Shown here: piece by piece, positions 1-12,361 of the stretch | Layout of the letters: each line of letters begins with the position of its first letter | How positions within the stretch are numbered: position 1 is the first letter of the stretch | NCBI GenBank assembly: GCA_000708835.1 | Contig: DF237017.1 | Location: 182,157 to 246,156 of the forward strand | Direction: 5' to 3' | DNA: 64,000 bases | Source: Klebsormidium nitens | Taxonomy: Eukaryota > Plantae > Klebsormidiophyceae | Notes under the pieces: model-generated | What the model saw: only the letters and a program-made list of their open reading frames with translations | The model's database searches: none | What the model was told of the DNA's origin: nothing | Translations under genes and position numbers: made by a program

Positions 1-543
1 AGATCAGTGGTTTGCCCTCTGGTAACCCGACCATCCCCCGAGCACTCCATCTCCCTGCAACCGAGTGCCCGGTGAAATTTCGTACGGTACCGACCATTTT
101 CGACGTGGTACAGTACCGCCGCACTGTAGGCTGTAGGTAACGGTGATGTCACGCTGACGTTGCAGTTGAGACTAGTGAACTTACGTACTCTGCTGGGTCT
201 GAAGTCCGGGTTTAACCGAAAGATTCCTTCTTGGTGTGCTTTTACCAGCAGAAAAAATGCTCACAGATTTTTGGGGCGTCATGGAAGGGGCATTTTCAGC
301 TACACTCTGCCATTCTGGATTTCAGGGATCATGCTACATACGTAGGAATGTCCAGGAAGAAGGCTTTGAGCTTGAGAAACCACTGTTTGTGCAGTTCCCT
401 GAACGCTGCAAGCTCCTGATCATTGCAAGTCGGCAGAAGTTTGGGCTGGTAGATTGAGCTGAACTCCTGCCTCCTGGTTGGTTGAAGTCAAGGCCTTCGC
501 ACATTGTTCCATCATTGCAATTGCATGCAAGAATTGTGACCAA

Positions 544-3500
544 ATGGCTTTCACAAGAGTTTTTCAGGCGGGTTGTCATCATGAAGGTCTGATCCTTGTC
601 AACACTTGGCAGAAGACTAGAACCAGGACGTGTGCTGGCAAACTCAGCGGTGAAGGCAAGTGCAGCCAATCCAGGAGGCGCATGCCAGCTACTCTTCATA
701 TGCATCAGAGATCCACACATCATACAGCCACCACACAATCAAGTGATGCTTTGAAGCCCCCTCGTTCTCGTCCACCTCAATTTCCCTCATTGCCAAAGTT
801 GGCTCCACTCCCCTTCAAAAAAATACAGCATTCCTCAGTCACAGCTTACGCACATGCAGCTGGTCAGTCCGCCAGCTCAACTGTTCTGGCAGACACAGAA
901 ACGCCCCCCTTGCAAGCTGAGCTTGAGGCTGCTGTCGCAGCTGTTGAACGTGCTTGCCATTTGTGCCTGAATGTAAGGGCCAGCATTCATGACGATGGAG
1001 AACTAGACGAGGGGGACGCTCGGCTGAAGAAGCAAGACGCAACGCCGGTGACGGTGGCAGACTTTGGGGTTCAAGCCCTGATTAGTCTAGGTAGGATGAC
1101 TGTTATTGTTTCCTTGATCCTGCTCGAGCAGATTGCAGGATCTGTTCTTGCAATCTGTAGACCTTAAGCTGGTCATCTGGTGGGGCCAGTGAGAGCTTAC
1201 AAAAGTGAACTCCACAATGACTAAAATGCTTACATCAAATCTCTTCAGTGAAAGCTCATGGGTTTCCTGTACGATTGTTTCGGCTCAAAGTAAGAGATTC
1301 TTCCTGCTCTCTACAGAGCTGCGGCGCCTCTTCCCTGACGTTCCACTGCTGGGGGAAGAAGACGCAACTCAGCTGAGAAACCAGCTGAAGGAAAGTTCAG
1401 CGCCAGGTGGCAGTCTTGCGGAAGCAGTCAGGGCAGTTGTTGCCCTGGTGGCGCCCGCTGACTTGGGTTCGATCAGCGTCGACCAAGTGTTGGACGCCAT
1501 TGATGATGGGCGAGCCGAGACCACTTCTCAGGACAGATTCTGGGTGAGTGGAGTCTCCTGATCAACGGTGACATCTGTGCCAAGACCGCTTCTCAGGACC
1601 CTTTTGCCTGTTGTCAAGGTTTCCTTTTTAAACTGATGTGGTCAAAGCCCCGTTTCTGTGTGGAACGAGGCAGAAAGAGCAGGTTCCTTTCAGAGAATGA
1701 AGGCTTGGCAGCCAGCTGATGTTTCCAATCTAATCCTCTGAAGGAGCGGACAACGACAACCAACAACCATTACATCAAGGGACGACATTTTAAGGGACCA
1801 GAAGTACATAATCTGCGACTGGGGATTGATGGGCGTATTCCAATCGCTTCAGGGATCGGCCCCAGTAACGTGGAACCAGCTCACTGCAATCTGCTCGTTT
1901 CTACAGATTTTGGACCCGATCGACGGCACCCGCGGCTTCTTGCGAGGAGGGAAGTCCCAGTATGTAGTGAGCTGACCAATCTACTTTCACCATCTCTGAA
2001 TGCTGTGCCTCTTTAAATATGGAGGGAATGGTGAAGCATCCGTTGAGTAAGCGTTTTTCGTTGGAACGATATGTTGAGCCAGAGTCGACGTATGAATTGG
2101 AGCATGAGGCTAGGGAAGAGTTTCCGCAAGTGCAAGGTGCACTCTCACAAAGGCATGTGGCTCGGATGCCATTGTAACATCTAGTTGCAGGGGCCACGCA
2201 AAGGAATTGCGCGTGTGAAACGGTCGGGAGAGGGGCGCTTTTTATTGCGCATGTTGACATAGAACGTTTGTTTCCTTTACATTACTCAAAGTTGTTTTTG
2301 GCACCATTACACGTGAAATGCATTTTAATGGCTCCGATATCCTGACGTCTCCCATCCGCCCAGTTTTAGCCCAATCTGGGCAAATTTCAAGCTCAGAGGG
2401 GGAAGAAACGAAACATATGCGTTTGCCGAGCTTGCGTTTTATATTCAGACAGCATAAGAGCTTGTACAATCTGAAGGAATAAGGATCTACGCATCTGGCA
2501 TGCTTCGCCAGTGCTTCGACCAACATTTCCACTTCGGTCACCGTTTAGTGCATGATGATAAATTGTCTCCTTCAGTTTAATGTTTTCGGGGGCACTGAAC
2601 GACGATCTCTTCCCGTCCGTCGACACATTTCCCTTTCCCTTTCCCTTTCCCTAGCTTTGACAGATAGACATTGCTAATGTTCCCCTATGCTTGCAGATTG
2701 CCCTCGCTCTAGTTCAAAACGGCAAGGTGGTTCTTGGAGTCTGTGGCTGTCCCAACATGAGTGGGGCTTCTCTCGAGTGTGATACGTGCGTGCCCGACGC
2801 CACGAGAGGCCCTGTAGAAGAGGCGAGCACGCAGGAAAACCCTAGGGATCAGGGGGGAGAATGCACGTCCTCTGAAGAACGAGGCCCTCTCGATTCAAAT
2901 GTTCGGGGGCTGATTGTGTATGCCAGTCGGGGAGAGGGTACCTGGGTGCGGGGATTAGAAAAATCGGACGGTCTGACGTCCACGTCAGGAAGAGAGTCTC
3001 TTCAGTCGGACGAGTCGGAGCGTCGAGCAGCTTTAGACGCCGGTCGAGAAGGAGCCTTTTCTCACTCTGCCTGGCTCCAGCCTCAGCGGGTCAGAGTGGA
3101 CGGTGTGAAAAGGCTCTGGGACGCGCGGATCTGCATATCAGACCATGAAACGTGGGGCGAGTTGCCCCTGGCGGCCGCGCTCGCAAGCACCCCCCATCCC
3201 GAGGACAGCGATGACGAGGGGGGGCGTTTACACCACGCCGAGGAGTGGGAGGCGAAGCAGCTGCCGCTGTGCTGTGGAAGGTACGTGTGAACACGGACGC
3301 TTTATGGAAACCGAGAATCAGGTCCTGAAAGGATGTTGCTCGGTTCAGTGTCTTGCTTCCTGATATGTGCATGAGTTCTGAAGGGCCGGTACACTTGAGA
3401 CACGTTTCGATACCAAGGCACCGATGCACCTTTGGGCGCTATCTCTCAATCTTTCGCGACCCCTCCAGTTCCAGTCAACTGCAGCTCATTGTCGACCTCA

Positions 3501-4421
3501 AACTCGATCCCGAAAGCCTCCTTTCGGGCCAGAAGAAGCATGATCGACCACTCTGCTAAGGCGCACTGCTCTGTCAAATGACCTTTGAAGAAATCCGCGG
3601 ATCAGAGTCGCCCAGTCGCTGCTTGTTTCCGTCTCCCACTTATCCGCATATCTACCCTCACAACGACATGGCCGGATAGGGGAAACTGCTGAAAACCGTC
3701 CCCAGACATTCAGATCTGTCGGCCACAGCAGCGCATGCTTCAAGAAGCATCTGAGTTCTCGGTCTGTGTTTAAAAAACAATGCACGCGTAGACCCCCTCC
3801 TCGCGCCCTTTCTCGTAGTTTCCGAACATGCACGTTGCCGTAAGGGTAGGCGCCGACTCAACCACTTTAAAAAGTGGCGCTCGAGTTCTGAGATTGTCGA
3901 AGCTTTATAACGCGCTGTTTTGGCATGACACGTCAGCACGATTCATATCTCTCTCGCAGCATCTGCAAACATATTGCCGTTGCGTTGGCGCTGCCTCGGC
4001 TGTCGACCAATGCACCGTCTCCAGATCGACGTTCGAAACTAGCCGCTGCAACGTTTTAACGCACTATCTTCACATAACCTTTTTTCTCTCATATACTCTG
4101 TCATATGAGAGTATCCTCACATAATCTCTCTTTTCCCGCAGCATCTGCAAATACGTTGCCGTAGCTCTGGGCGCGGCCTCGGTCTTCGTACAGCACCCGG
4201 TCTCCAAACCAACGCTCAAAGTGTGGGACCATGCAGCGGCGCTGATCTGCGTCACAGAGGCCGGGGGGCAGGTTACTGATCTTGAGGGGCTGCCGTTGCA
4301 ACTAGGCACGGGAGAGAGCGAGTTCGCTCCGGGTGGAGGCGGGGTGATCGTAACTAATGGAGGGTTGCATGAGTTGGCGCTTGAGGCTGTGAGGAAGGGC
4401 CAGCAATTGCTCGTGAATTGA
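544..4421 (+). CDS. Inositol monophosphatase-family 3'(2'),5'-bisphosphate nucleotidase (HAL2/SAL1-like PAP phosphatase) with N-terminal extension, 5 exons
   Basis: Exons 544(or 682)-1090, 1317-1543, 1907-1966, 2697-3280, 4142-4421 all have GT-AG ends and compatible phases. Family motifs: KKQDATPVTVADFGVQALI, LLGEED, FW/ILDPIDGTRGF, IALALVQNGKVVLGVCGCPN, CCGS/ICKYVAVALG, KVWDHAAALICVTEAGGQVTDLEG. Start ATG is uncertain. Confidence 0.93.
3945..4050 (+). repeat. Degenerate duplicate of the acceptor and 5' part of the last PAP-phosphatase exon (decoy pseudo-exon)
   Basis: gcag|catctgcaaacatattgccgttgcgttggcgctgcctcgg (3961 on) matches gcag|catctgcaaatacgttgccgtagctctgggcgcggcctcgg (4143 on); offset 182 bp. 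Confidence 0.85.
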
Positions 4422-5084
4422 GGGTTCATATTGAAATAATACAACGGAGTCCTTATTGAAATAATACAACGGAATCCTTCTAAAGGTTTAGGAAAGCGAA
4501 GGTAACATTGAACAACCGAAGTGTTGCAATAAAAGCCTTGAGTGAAGAGGATGCTGGTCCTGCATGAGAGAGAAGGCCTGAGAAAGGGGGTTTCATTCCA
4601 AAGTCGAGCACCACTCACAAAGGAGCGCTTGGAGCTCAATTGACGACCTTTGCGGGCGACTACCGTCATGCTTGCCGCACACGGCCGGTCAGTCCGCGGC
4701 CGCCCCACCGGCACAACCCAGCGTCATTATGGAGTGGCCTATACTAATAGCGTCTAGACTCTATACCAATAGCGTTCCGAATTTGCAAATTCCACTTTGA
4801 AATCCGGATCTCCGCCTTTCGCATGTAGCAAATGATCTAATCATTTGAAATCATGGTCTTATTACAATCAATCATAAGCTACACTTAGTTTCTTGACCGT
4901 TTCACCGATATGGAGAGGGTCTAATCATTGCAGGGCAGTAGGGCCCCGGGTACATACCTAGTACATAGTAGGTACTAGGTATTACCGGTAGATACCGGTA
5001 TACTGGTACGGTACGACAGTGGTACCTAAACTCTCGTGCGACGTGTGACCTATTAAACGGGCGCATTCGAGCTACCGGGGCGCA

Positions 5085-5175
5085 CAAAACCAAAAATCCT
5101 AACCGAGAAAATCACAGGCTCCGCACCACCACTCACCCTATTAAACCACCTTACCTACCCCACCCGTCCCCTGGG
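5085..5175 (-). repeat. Short dispersed repeat (GGACGGGTGGGG...GGTGCGG family), copy 1
   Basis: Reverse complement cccaggggacgggtggggtaggtaaggtggtttaatagggtgagtggtggtgcggagc resembles 10775-10848 (+) and 52203-52275 (+). Confidence 0.6.
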
Positions 5176-5860
5176 CGTTTAACTTCAAGTCATATGCCTC
5201 TACAGTCACACAAGAGTTGCCATAGTGTACATAGTGAGTACGGTAGGCAGTAGGTAAGTACCGTAGTACCGTTCAAAAGTACTTGAAAGTAGTTAGTGCT
5301 GACTCCCGAGTCCCGAGTGGTGTGTTAAACTTGATGGGTATCTTCTGTACAACTGAAGGACACAGGTACGGTACCGGCATGTTCCTGATGAATTACAACG
5401 CGTAGTGCCTTGTACGCAGCAGGGACCCCGGACCCAGCGGTACAGGTACTGCCGCACTGGAGACAGCCCTCAGGTCGTGCAGAGTCGAAGAACAATGTTA
5501 AAAGTTTGGGCGAGTGCCAAGGAGCCTCTGTGAAGAGACCGGAGTCCACTGCCAGCAGAAGGTAAGGGTAAGTTAGTCGCAAAGAAAACAAAATTCGTGA
5601 CAGCAAATGATCAAAGGGGATCAGAAGGCGCCTATAACTGGACATCAATGCCCGGCAGCGTTTTCCACCACTGATCAGAGCAGCTCAGCACTCCCTTACT
5701 TCTCCCACAAGCGAAAGCCTGGCACTGTTACAATCAGAGTCTGGATTATTTTTCGACTGAACGCCCTGTATTTTACCAGGCGGAGCTGGTTGAGAGCTTG
5801 GTTAGACACCCCTGACCAGATCTTGAGGAGATCTGGATTGCAGTGGAAGCTTTCTGTGGC

Positions 5861-7498
5861 ATGGCGCCTGCGGCATTGACGAACCGAGCTGCAGAACAGA
5901 GTGCGACAGGGCCCTTACCCCAGTGCTCCTCTTGGAGCTTACATCGAACCTCCTCCACGGGCCCCCAGCACCCAGCTGCCCCTCGCCGGTTGCTGCGAAT
6001 TCGGACGCTTGCGGATCAGCCCGCACCTGCTGACTTGAGAGGGGAAGGGGAACAGATTTGGGAGGAGGCGCCCCCCGCCGTGTGGGAAGAGCAGCTACTG
6101 TACCCGGAGGCATGGTTTGACCTCTTTTTCAAGTACATCAAGCAGTCGCGCGAGGGAATGTGGGGCAGCGGGGCGGGACCGTTAAGCTGCATCCAGGTGG
6201 GAGGAGTGCAATAGCCCAACTCTACATCTCCATTGAACTTAATCAGCAAGTTGCTTAATCAGCTTACTTGCGGTATGACTAACAAATGTTAGCTGGTTAT
6301 AGGCAATAAATGTATGTCTGGTCCGTGCTGGCCAGCAATCTTAGGGAACATCCTTTTTTAAAGACAAATCTTTGCAACACTTTCTGGTATAGACCAACCA
6401 TTTATCGCTCGACTTTTACCTCTACAATGATGCCTGATCAGACAGGACGTGGTTTGCCCATCCGTGTATTTTCCACAGAGCTTGAGTGTTTTCATCACGT
6501 TTTCGTGGTAAGACTTCAACCCGCTTATGCAGAGACCCCGTTCACCCACCAGCTCACCGCTGACCTTAGTGAAGGTTGTGAACAGTGACACGAGTACTAT
6601 CCCGCAGCTTTTCTGCAGAGCGAACATTTCGTGGGTCAACTTTTACCTCGGCAAGACATCGTCAAAGTACAGTGATTCATCAGTGCGCCAATCGATCCTA
6701 TTGCATGCAGAGCCTCGGATCTTTCCGCCACCATTTATGGGAGGCCCCAGAGTACGGGCCCGAGCAGGAAAAGTGACACGACTCCTGCATTTGTTTCTTT
6801 GCGCAGGGTGAACTCGGGTGGCTGAACTTCGACTTGGGCGCAGGCGCCCAGAAGGAGGCTGCTAAAGACCATGGCTGCAGCTCTTGGGTCGGGTTCATGA
6901 TTTGCTTTCCGGAGACCATGGCGTCCTACAAGACGATGGGCGAGCTCTGGAAGCCATTTGCCGCCATAGACGACTGGATGGAGCACCAGAGTCCGCGGAC
7001 CTGGTCCCGGTGGTCGAGTGGTTCAAGGAGCTTTGGCGCATGAGGTGCGTCCTGAGGGGGTTTGAGCGGGAAAACAAGGTCCGGTCAGCAGGCGGTCAGG
7101 CAGGCGGGTTTCGCAGGTTTCCTTTCAGTCGGGGTCATGTAAAGAGAACCCACGCACTCAAGATGGTTCAAGGTCGAGCTGCAACGCCTGAGGTGCGCCC
7201 GGTATTTGACCAACTCAATTAGCAGCCGTTTTCAAGTAGGCGGGCTTGGTGGAAGGCATCGAACTTAGTGGACTTGGTCCAAAGTGCGCTCACGTAAAAG
7301 GTGACACAGCAGACATTTGAGAGCTGATTTCGAGAGCGAATCTGATAATTTTTTCGATGTCGAAGCTGACCCCCGACTTTCTTTCGAGTGCCACGACGCT
7401 CTTTACTTCACTGACACGCTCGGGACGCTGTGGGTGGCCTTCACGCGGTTCAACGACTCGCAGTCTGCTGGCCCACAAGTGGCTCATGCACACGTTCG
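5861..7498 (+). pseudogene. 5' exons of a microbial-type terpene synthase-like gene, containing a frameshift
   Basis: Exon 5861-6196 (ATG...CAG|gt). Exon from 6807 reads GELGWL...ICFPETMASYKTMGELWKPFAAIDDWMEHQ (DDxxE at 6969-6983), then the GC3-rich frame shifts at about 6990-6995 to ADLVPVVEWFKELWRM (donor 7045). A further exon ending 7498 reads LGTLWVAFTRFND. The intervening small exons could not be resolved. Confidence 0.55.
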
Positions 7499-7752
7499 GT
7501 AGAAGCAACAGCACGTCTCAGCTACGCGCTGCTGGATCCTCAGAGTAATGCATATCCATGGTGGTCATTACTTCGCAGCTAAGAGGCAGTCAACCGAACA
7601 AGGTCGACGAAAGGCGTGTAACCTCCGATTAACCATGCACACCTTGCAGATCGGGAAACTTCAACTGGTGGTAAAAGAGATTCCGAGCGGTGCAACGAGC
7701 CGTGGTTTGAACAGCGACTGCTGACTGCCATTGTCTCCCAACGTCTCTGCAG

Positions 7753-10700
7753 TGCATCAAGCGACGGACTCGACTACGACCGGGCTATCGGTGCGGTGCC
7801 CACGTGCTTTGCCACGCGGCCGGAGCTTGCCAGCGCAGCCTCGGACTACCTGCTCGCCCTAGACAAGTACAATGCGCGTGCTACGCAGGTAGACCCTGCC
7901 TGGGTTCGTCGCATCTCGTGGGGCTCCTACCTTTTTTACAGGGTGAGTTTCATCTAACCTGCCGCTAACACAGGGCTTTTTGGCGGTTAACCAGAGTCGG
8001 TTACGGGCTGGTTCGAAGCTGGTTAACTGACCATAGACCAGACTCGAGCAATGACCAGGCTTTTAACATGGCTTTACTGCGGTTCTTGGTCAAAGAACCA
8101 GGCTGATTTTTGCTTATCGAACCTGGTTAGCAGCCAGACTTTCGTGTGTATAAGTCTGCCTGATTGGAGGACTTTGTTATCCAGCCGAGGCTGGTTAGTA
8201 CTTGACTGGTTAGTCTTACCGTCTGCTGGTGACCTAAGCTAGTACTGCTGAGAATGGCTGTTGACGACGAAACGATTTGGGGTAGTAATGATGGGTCGGT
8301 ACGGCTACTGACAGCAGCTTCACCTGTGCGAGTAGGGTGTGGTACAGCTGCTGACGACATGTCCGGAAATCCTAGTGTGGCCTCTTTTCGGGGCACCGTT
8401 GGATTTGTCCGTTTTCCAGCACCGGGACCTCCCGGCGGCAGTTTATCCGATGCCCGTCAATCTGCTCAGAACAAGCTAGAGTCGGGTTTGCAGACTTCGT
8501 CCTGGCACGTGAGCCACGTCTGCTATTGTGGTCCAAAACTTTGTGCCAAAAGCGATTCACTATAAATCAAAACCCGAACTAAGAGCGGACTTTAAAATAT
8601 TCTTAGATCAAGTTTGGCTAAATAGTCCGGTTTCTCAGATCATAGCGCTCTTGATTCTGCCCTCGGATCTCAAACCAAACCGTACTGAAAACCGGACTCT
8701 TGATTCTGCCCTCAGATCTTAGACCAAATCGTACTCAAAATCAAAGTCCAGTTTTTAAGATCAACCCGTGTCTGAAAGTACCTGTGGCGCTCTTGGAAGT
8801 GCTCTTAAAACGAACTTACGATTTACAGCAAATCCAGCCTTTTCAGCGTGCCGACGAAGGCTCTCTTTGCACGCCGTTTCAACCGAACTCTTCACTTTGC
8901 TCGTGAGCGGTGTCAAAAGCGGCTCCGCTTCCGGCCTCCACAGGGCGTCATGCGCGAGGCCAACAGTCTAAGCGCGTACCAGACGCGGGGAACCCTGCCG
9001 ACGCTGGAAGAGTACCTGCAGACCCGACTCTTCTCCTTCGGCGGGATCGGCATGAGAATGCTGACAATGGTGGAGCGCAGCGTCCGGTAAGCTAGCGGCT
9101 CCGGTAGGCCCGGGTAAACGAACTCTCGATGCTACGTTAGGAACAGCCGCACTCACAAGGATTTTTGGCGGTTAAACATAGTCGGTTTACGTGCTGGTTC
9201 AAAGCTGGTTGAATGTCCAATAACCGGACTCGAGCGGTAACCACGTTTTTAGCATGGCTATGACGCACTTATTGGTCGAAGAACAACACTAAAGTCTGCT
9301 TATCAAACCTGGTTAGCAGCCAAACCTTCCTGTGACTGTCGGGAGACGCTGGTGGGGCTAGTCTATGGTTAGGGGGACACGGGCTCTCTTGCAAGATCCT
9401 TTCCATAAGCACGTTGGATCAAGGATTTGAACGAGTGAGACATCTCCTCGGTGAGCAATTCCATTCTACTCTTCTTGCGCTCACTCTCCATAGAGTCAGG
9501 AACGTCCGTGCATCTGTTAGCCCTGTCTGCATCTTGGCCTAAGCGGAATGAACAGAACCGCTTGCGTCACGGCCGTCCGAGCTTGGCATCGAAACTCAGG
9601 ACAATTCCATCCGTCCTTCATTGTCCCGACTCAGTAGCTACGCTTGCAAGCTGGCGTGGGAACAAGCGGGCCTCCGACGTTGATTAACTACAAGGGTCGC
9701 CACGTGGAATCTGTATAATCGTCGATCGGATCCGGCGCGCTCTGACCAGCTGTCGCACCCGCGGCACGCTACATTCATGGCCACGCCCCCTGAGCCCCAA
9801 GTCTTTAATCCTTCGGAAATATCCCGCTCCACGTGGCAGGCTGAACAGTGCCAGCTTTGCCCGCGCGCGCCTGCTGCTGGTGTATGCGGGCGCGGCCACC
9901 GCGCTCTTCAACGACTGCCTGGTCGCCGCCAAGGAGCCGGCCGAGGGCCTCTTCAACGCGGTCACTATCGCGGGGAAGAGCCACGTGGTGCGGCTGCATA
10001 ACGTGATCCTCGACCTCTTTGCGGACGAGGCGGCCCGCTTCTGCGCGAGCGCGGCCCCGGTGAGCGCGTGTGCTAAACCAAACCCCTAAACCCCTAAACC
10101 CCTAAACCCCTAACCCCTAAACCCCTAAACCCCTAACCCCTAAACCCCTAAACCCCCTAAAGTACAGTTTGGAAGAAAGCGGGGTCACCGATGGGCCCAT
10201 CTCCTACAAACTGAAACTTAATCTCCGCAGTGCAACAGCGGCCAATTCCTTCCTCTTCAAAGTCGCGCCGGCTTTGAACCGGAGGCCGTGCTACGGTTCC
10301 GCACATCAACGAAGCGAGGTGCTCCGTTTCGGCTCCGGTTCGAGAAGCACGGATTGGAACTTAGGTCAAGCCTTGTGGCCTTCATTCAGAGACACCAACG
10401 ATACGTGATTTTCCAAAAAGAATGGAATCGTGTTCTAATTTTTGTAAGGACATCCGGAGGCGCCACAGAAACATGTCCCTCACGGATCGGAAAATGTGAT
10501 CGAATCTGCCTTATACAACGAAGAGTACTTTGTGAACAGAAACTTCTTGCGTCTGGATTTGATGTGACGTGGTTTTGCAACGCACTGACGACGCTCTTGC
10601 CGGACAATGGTGAATAACGGCCCGCACGTTGGTCGAATATAACAAGGCTGATTAATTAACGTGGCAAATGCTCACTGAACAAGCCCCTAGCAAATTCGAC

Positions 10701-11214
10701 CCGCGAGGGGTCATCACGTGTTTTGAGTCCGGTACTCTTGTGTGCCCTAACCGCTGCTTGCGATAAGATAGGCGCCCGGTGGACGGGTGGGGTTACTTGG
10801 TGGTTAGGGTGGGTTCGGGTGCGGAGCGCGAGTTTTCCTGGTTAGTTCCATGGTGTGATTCAGTCGGGGATTGCGGATCTTCGGGCACACACCAGTTAGG
10901 CCACACAAGACTTACCAGTATCATGTCTTGCGTTGTCGCAGAAGGACGAAGCTGAGGAGTTCGTCAACGTGCTGAAGGCGAGCGTCACTGGTGGCGCCGT
11001 GTGGCACAACACCACTGGCCGCTACCGCAAGTATGTGGAGATGACGCGGCAGCCGTTTGCGATTGCGGGCTGGCCGGAGGGGCAGCTGACGGACGCCCAC
11101 AGCCGGTTGCGCGGGGAGGTGCGCGCGATGTTGCAAAGGATTGCGCGTGAGGATCTGCCAGGGGAGTTCCCGCAATCGGATGAAGCGGACCGGCGGAGGG
11201 CGGCTGGTGCATGA
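7753..11214 (+). CDS. Class I microbial-type terpene synthase-like (MTPSL) domain, 3' exons
   Basis: Exons 7753-7942, 8944-9086, 9840-10059, 10942-11214 splice in frame at GT-AG sites. They give AWVRRISWGSYLFYR/GVMREA, PTLEEYLQTRLFSFGG (R motif), NSE-like FNDCLVAAKE...NAVTI (9907 on) and C-terminal GGAVWHNTTGRY (WxxxxxRY, 11002-11025), in the order typical of bacterial and fungal class I terpene cyclases. Confidence 0.8.
7965..9335 (+). repeat. Diverged ~185 bp direct repeat in two consecutive terpene synthase introns (about 7965-8150 and 9155-9335)
   Basis: tttttggcggttaa...gtcggtt...gctggttc(g/a)aagctggtt...gactcgagc...gcttatc(g/a)aacctggttagcagcca(g/a)ac occurs in both, each shortly after a donor site. 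Confidence 0.8.
8647..8745 (+). repeat. Two-copy ~51 bp tandem repeat
   Basis: ctcttgattctgccctc(g/a)gatct...accaaa(c/t)cgtact occurs twice. Confidence 0.8.
10081..10161 (+). repeat. Interstitial telomere-like repeat (CCCCTAAA)n, about 10 units, intronic
   Basis: aacccctaaacccctaaacccctaaacccctaacccctaaa... begins about 20 nt after the donor at 10060. Confidence 0.92.
10775..10848 (+). repeat. Short dispersed repeat (GGACGGGTGGGG family), copy 2
   Basis: cccggtggacgggtggggttacttggtggttagggtgggttcgggtgcggagc, inverted relative to the 5085-5175 copy. Confidence 0.6.
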
Positions 11215-11380
11215 CCTAAGCCTGCGCAGCTAACTAAGTAACAATGAAGATGTTTGAATGTACAGGGGGCCGTTTAAGTGATTATTCTGATCTGCGTATA
11301 AAGATATAGCGGACGGTGCATGACCTAAGCGCAGTTAACGGTGACATTTGAGTCCTTCCAAATGATGTACAGAGGGCCGT
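11206..11380 (+). repeat. Direct duplication (~65 bp) spanning the terpene synthase stop codon
   Basis: ggtgcatgacctaagc...gcag(c/t)taac...atgtacag(g/a)gggccgt at about 11206-11272 and 11315-11380. Confidence 0.75.
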
Positions 11381-12361
11381 CGTGCACAATTTTGGTTTGT
11401 GTAGGAAAGGTATATATGTAGCCTCAGCCTCGCTCAACGTGTTTTGTACATTCAAAAGCATAGGCACTTGCTGGTGCAATTATGATTTCCGGGCCATCCT
11501 CCCGAATTGCATCGTAGTAAGGGAAGGCCGGCCGGCCGGCAATCATGTAGGCCTTAGGGGGGCCAGTCACGGCCTCAGATTGTACATAGTTGTACATGTG
11601 ACTTCGCGCACATCATGATGATGCATAGGATCGGAATATCATGCACATAATGTTAGCGAAAGTTATATATAGGCATGATGTAACATGTGCATGTACATCT
11701 GGTGATGATTAATGGATGGCAGCTAGCAAGTGAGGAACATATGTTCGCTCATGAGACTGATTGATCCTGAGCTGCACGTGTTTATATGAGCCTATGCATC
11801 TGGCAGATCCTAAGTCGAGGCGCCCCGGCCTGGCATCAGTGTCTGGGTCAGATCATAGGATGGCGGGCCTCGCACCAGGTAGTATGGTAGTGTTGCCAAG
11901 GGGGCCGGGGTGACATGGCCGGGCGCCCTTCCAGTCACTGGCCAGAACTCTACGTGTCGAACGCCATTTGCTTTGCTGGCTCACGCGCGCAGCCTTTGCA
12001 GAGGCATGGAAAACTTGACGCATACAGGTGTAGCAGTGGCGACGCACAAAATGTAAAATCGATGGACTATTTTGTCGCCGCAATCTCTCCCCATGTTATG
12101 GTCGTGCGGGGGACCGTTAAAGCATGCATTGGCGAATGTCAGATCGTAGTGACCAATCAAGCGCAGACGTATGAAGACTGATCCAGACCAGCATGATTAG
12201 CTGATGATTTGCAACGAAATCGAAGTAGCACGCGTTTCTGGGGTGCAAAGCGGATGCACTAAGACAAAGGACCGAGTCCGACTCGACCATTCCGCATTTC
12301 CAAACTCAAGGACGTCGGGTCAGCCAGAGTCAGTAACGGCAGCTGCACAGTCGCGCCGGCT

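Noticed and set aside
2628-2651. (TTTCCC)4 and other micro-duplications (19045-19130, 33585-33628, 54452-54498, 63908-63930)
   Set aside because: Ordinary slippage repeats with no further structure.
10081-10161. True chromosome end
   Set aside because: Short, internal, and inside an intron whose flanking exons splice in frame.
11500-12200. CATG-rich segment loosely similar to 26300-26800 (catgt(g/t)acttcgcgc in both), each between convergent genes
   Set aside because: Similarity limited to short words; could not establish homology or element ends by eye.
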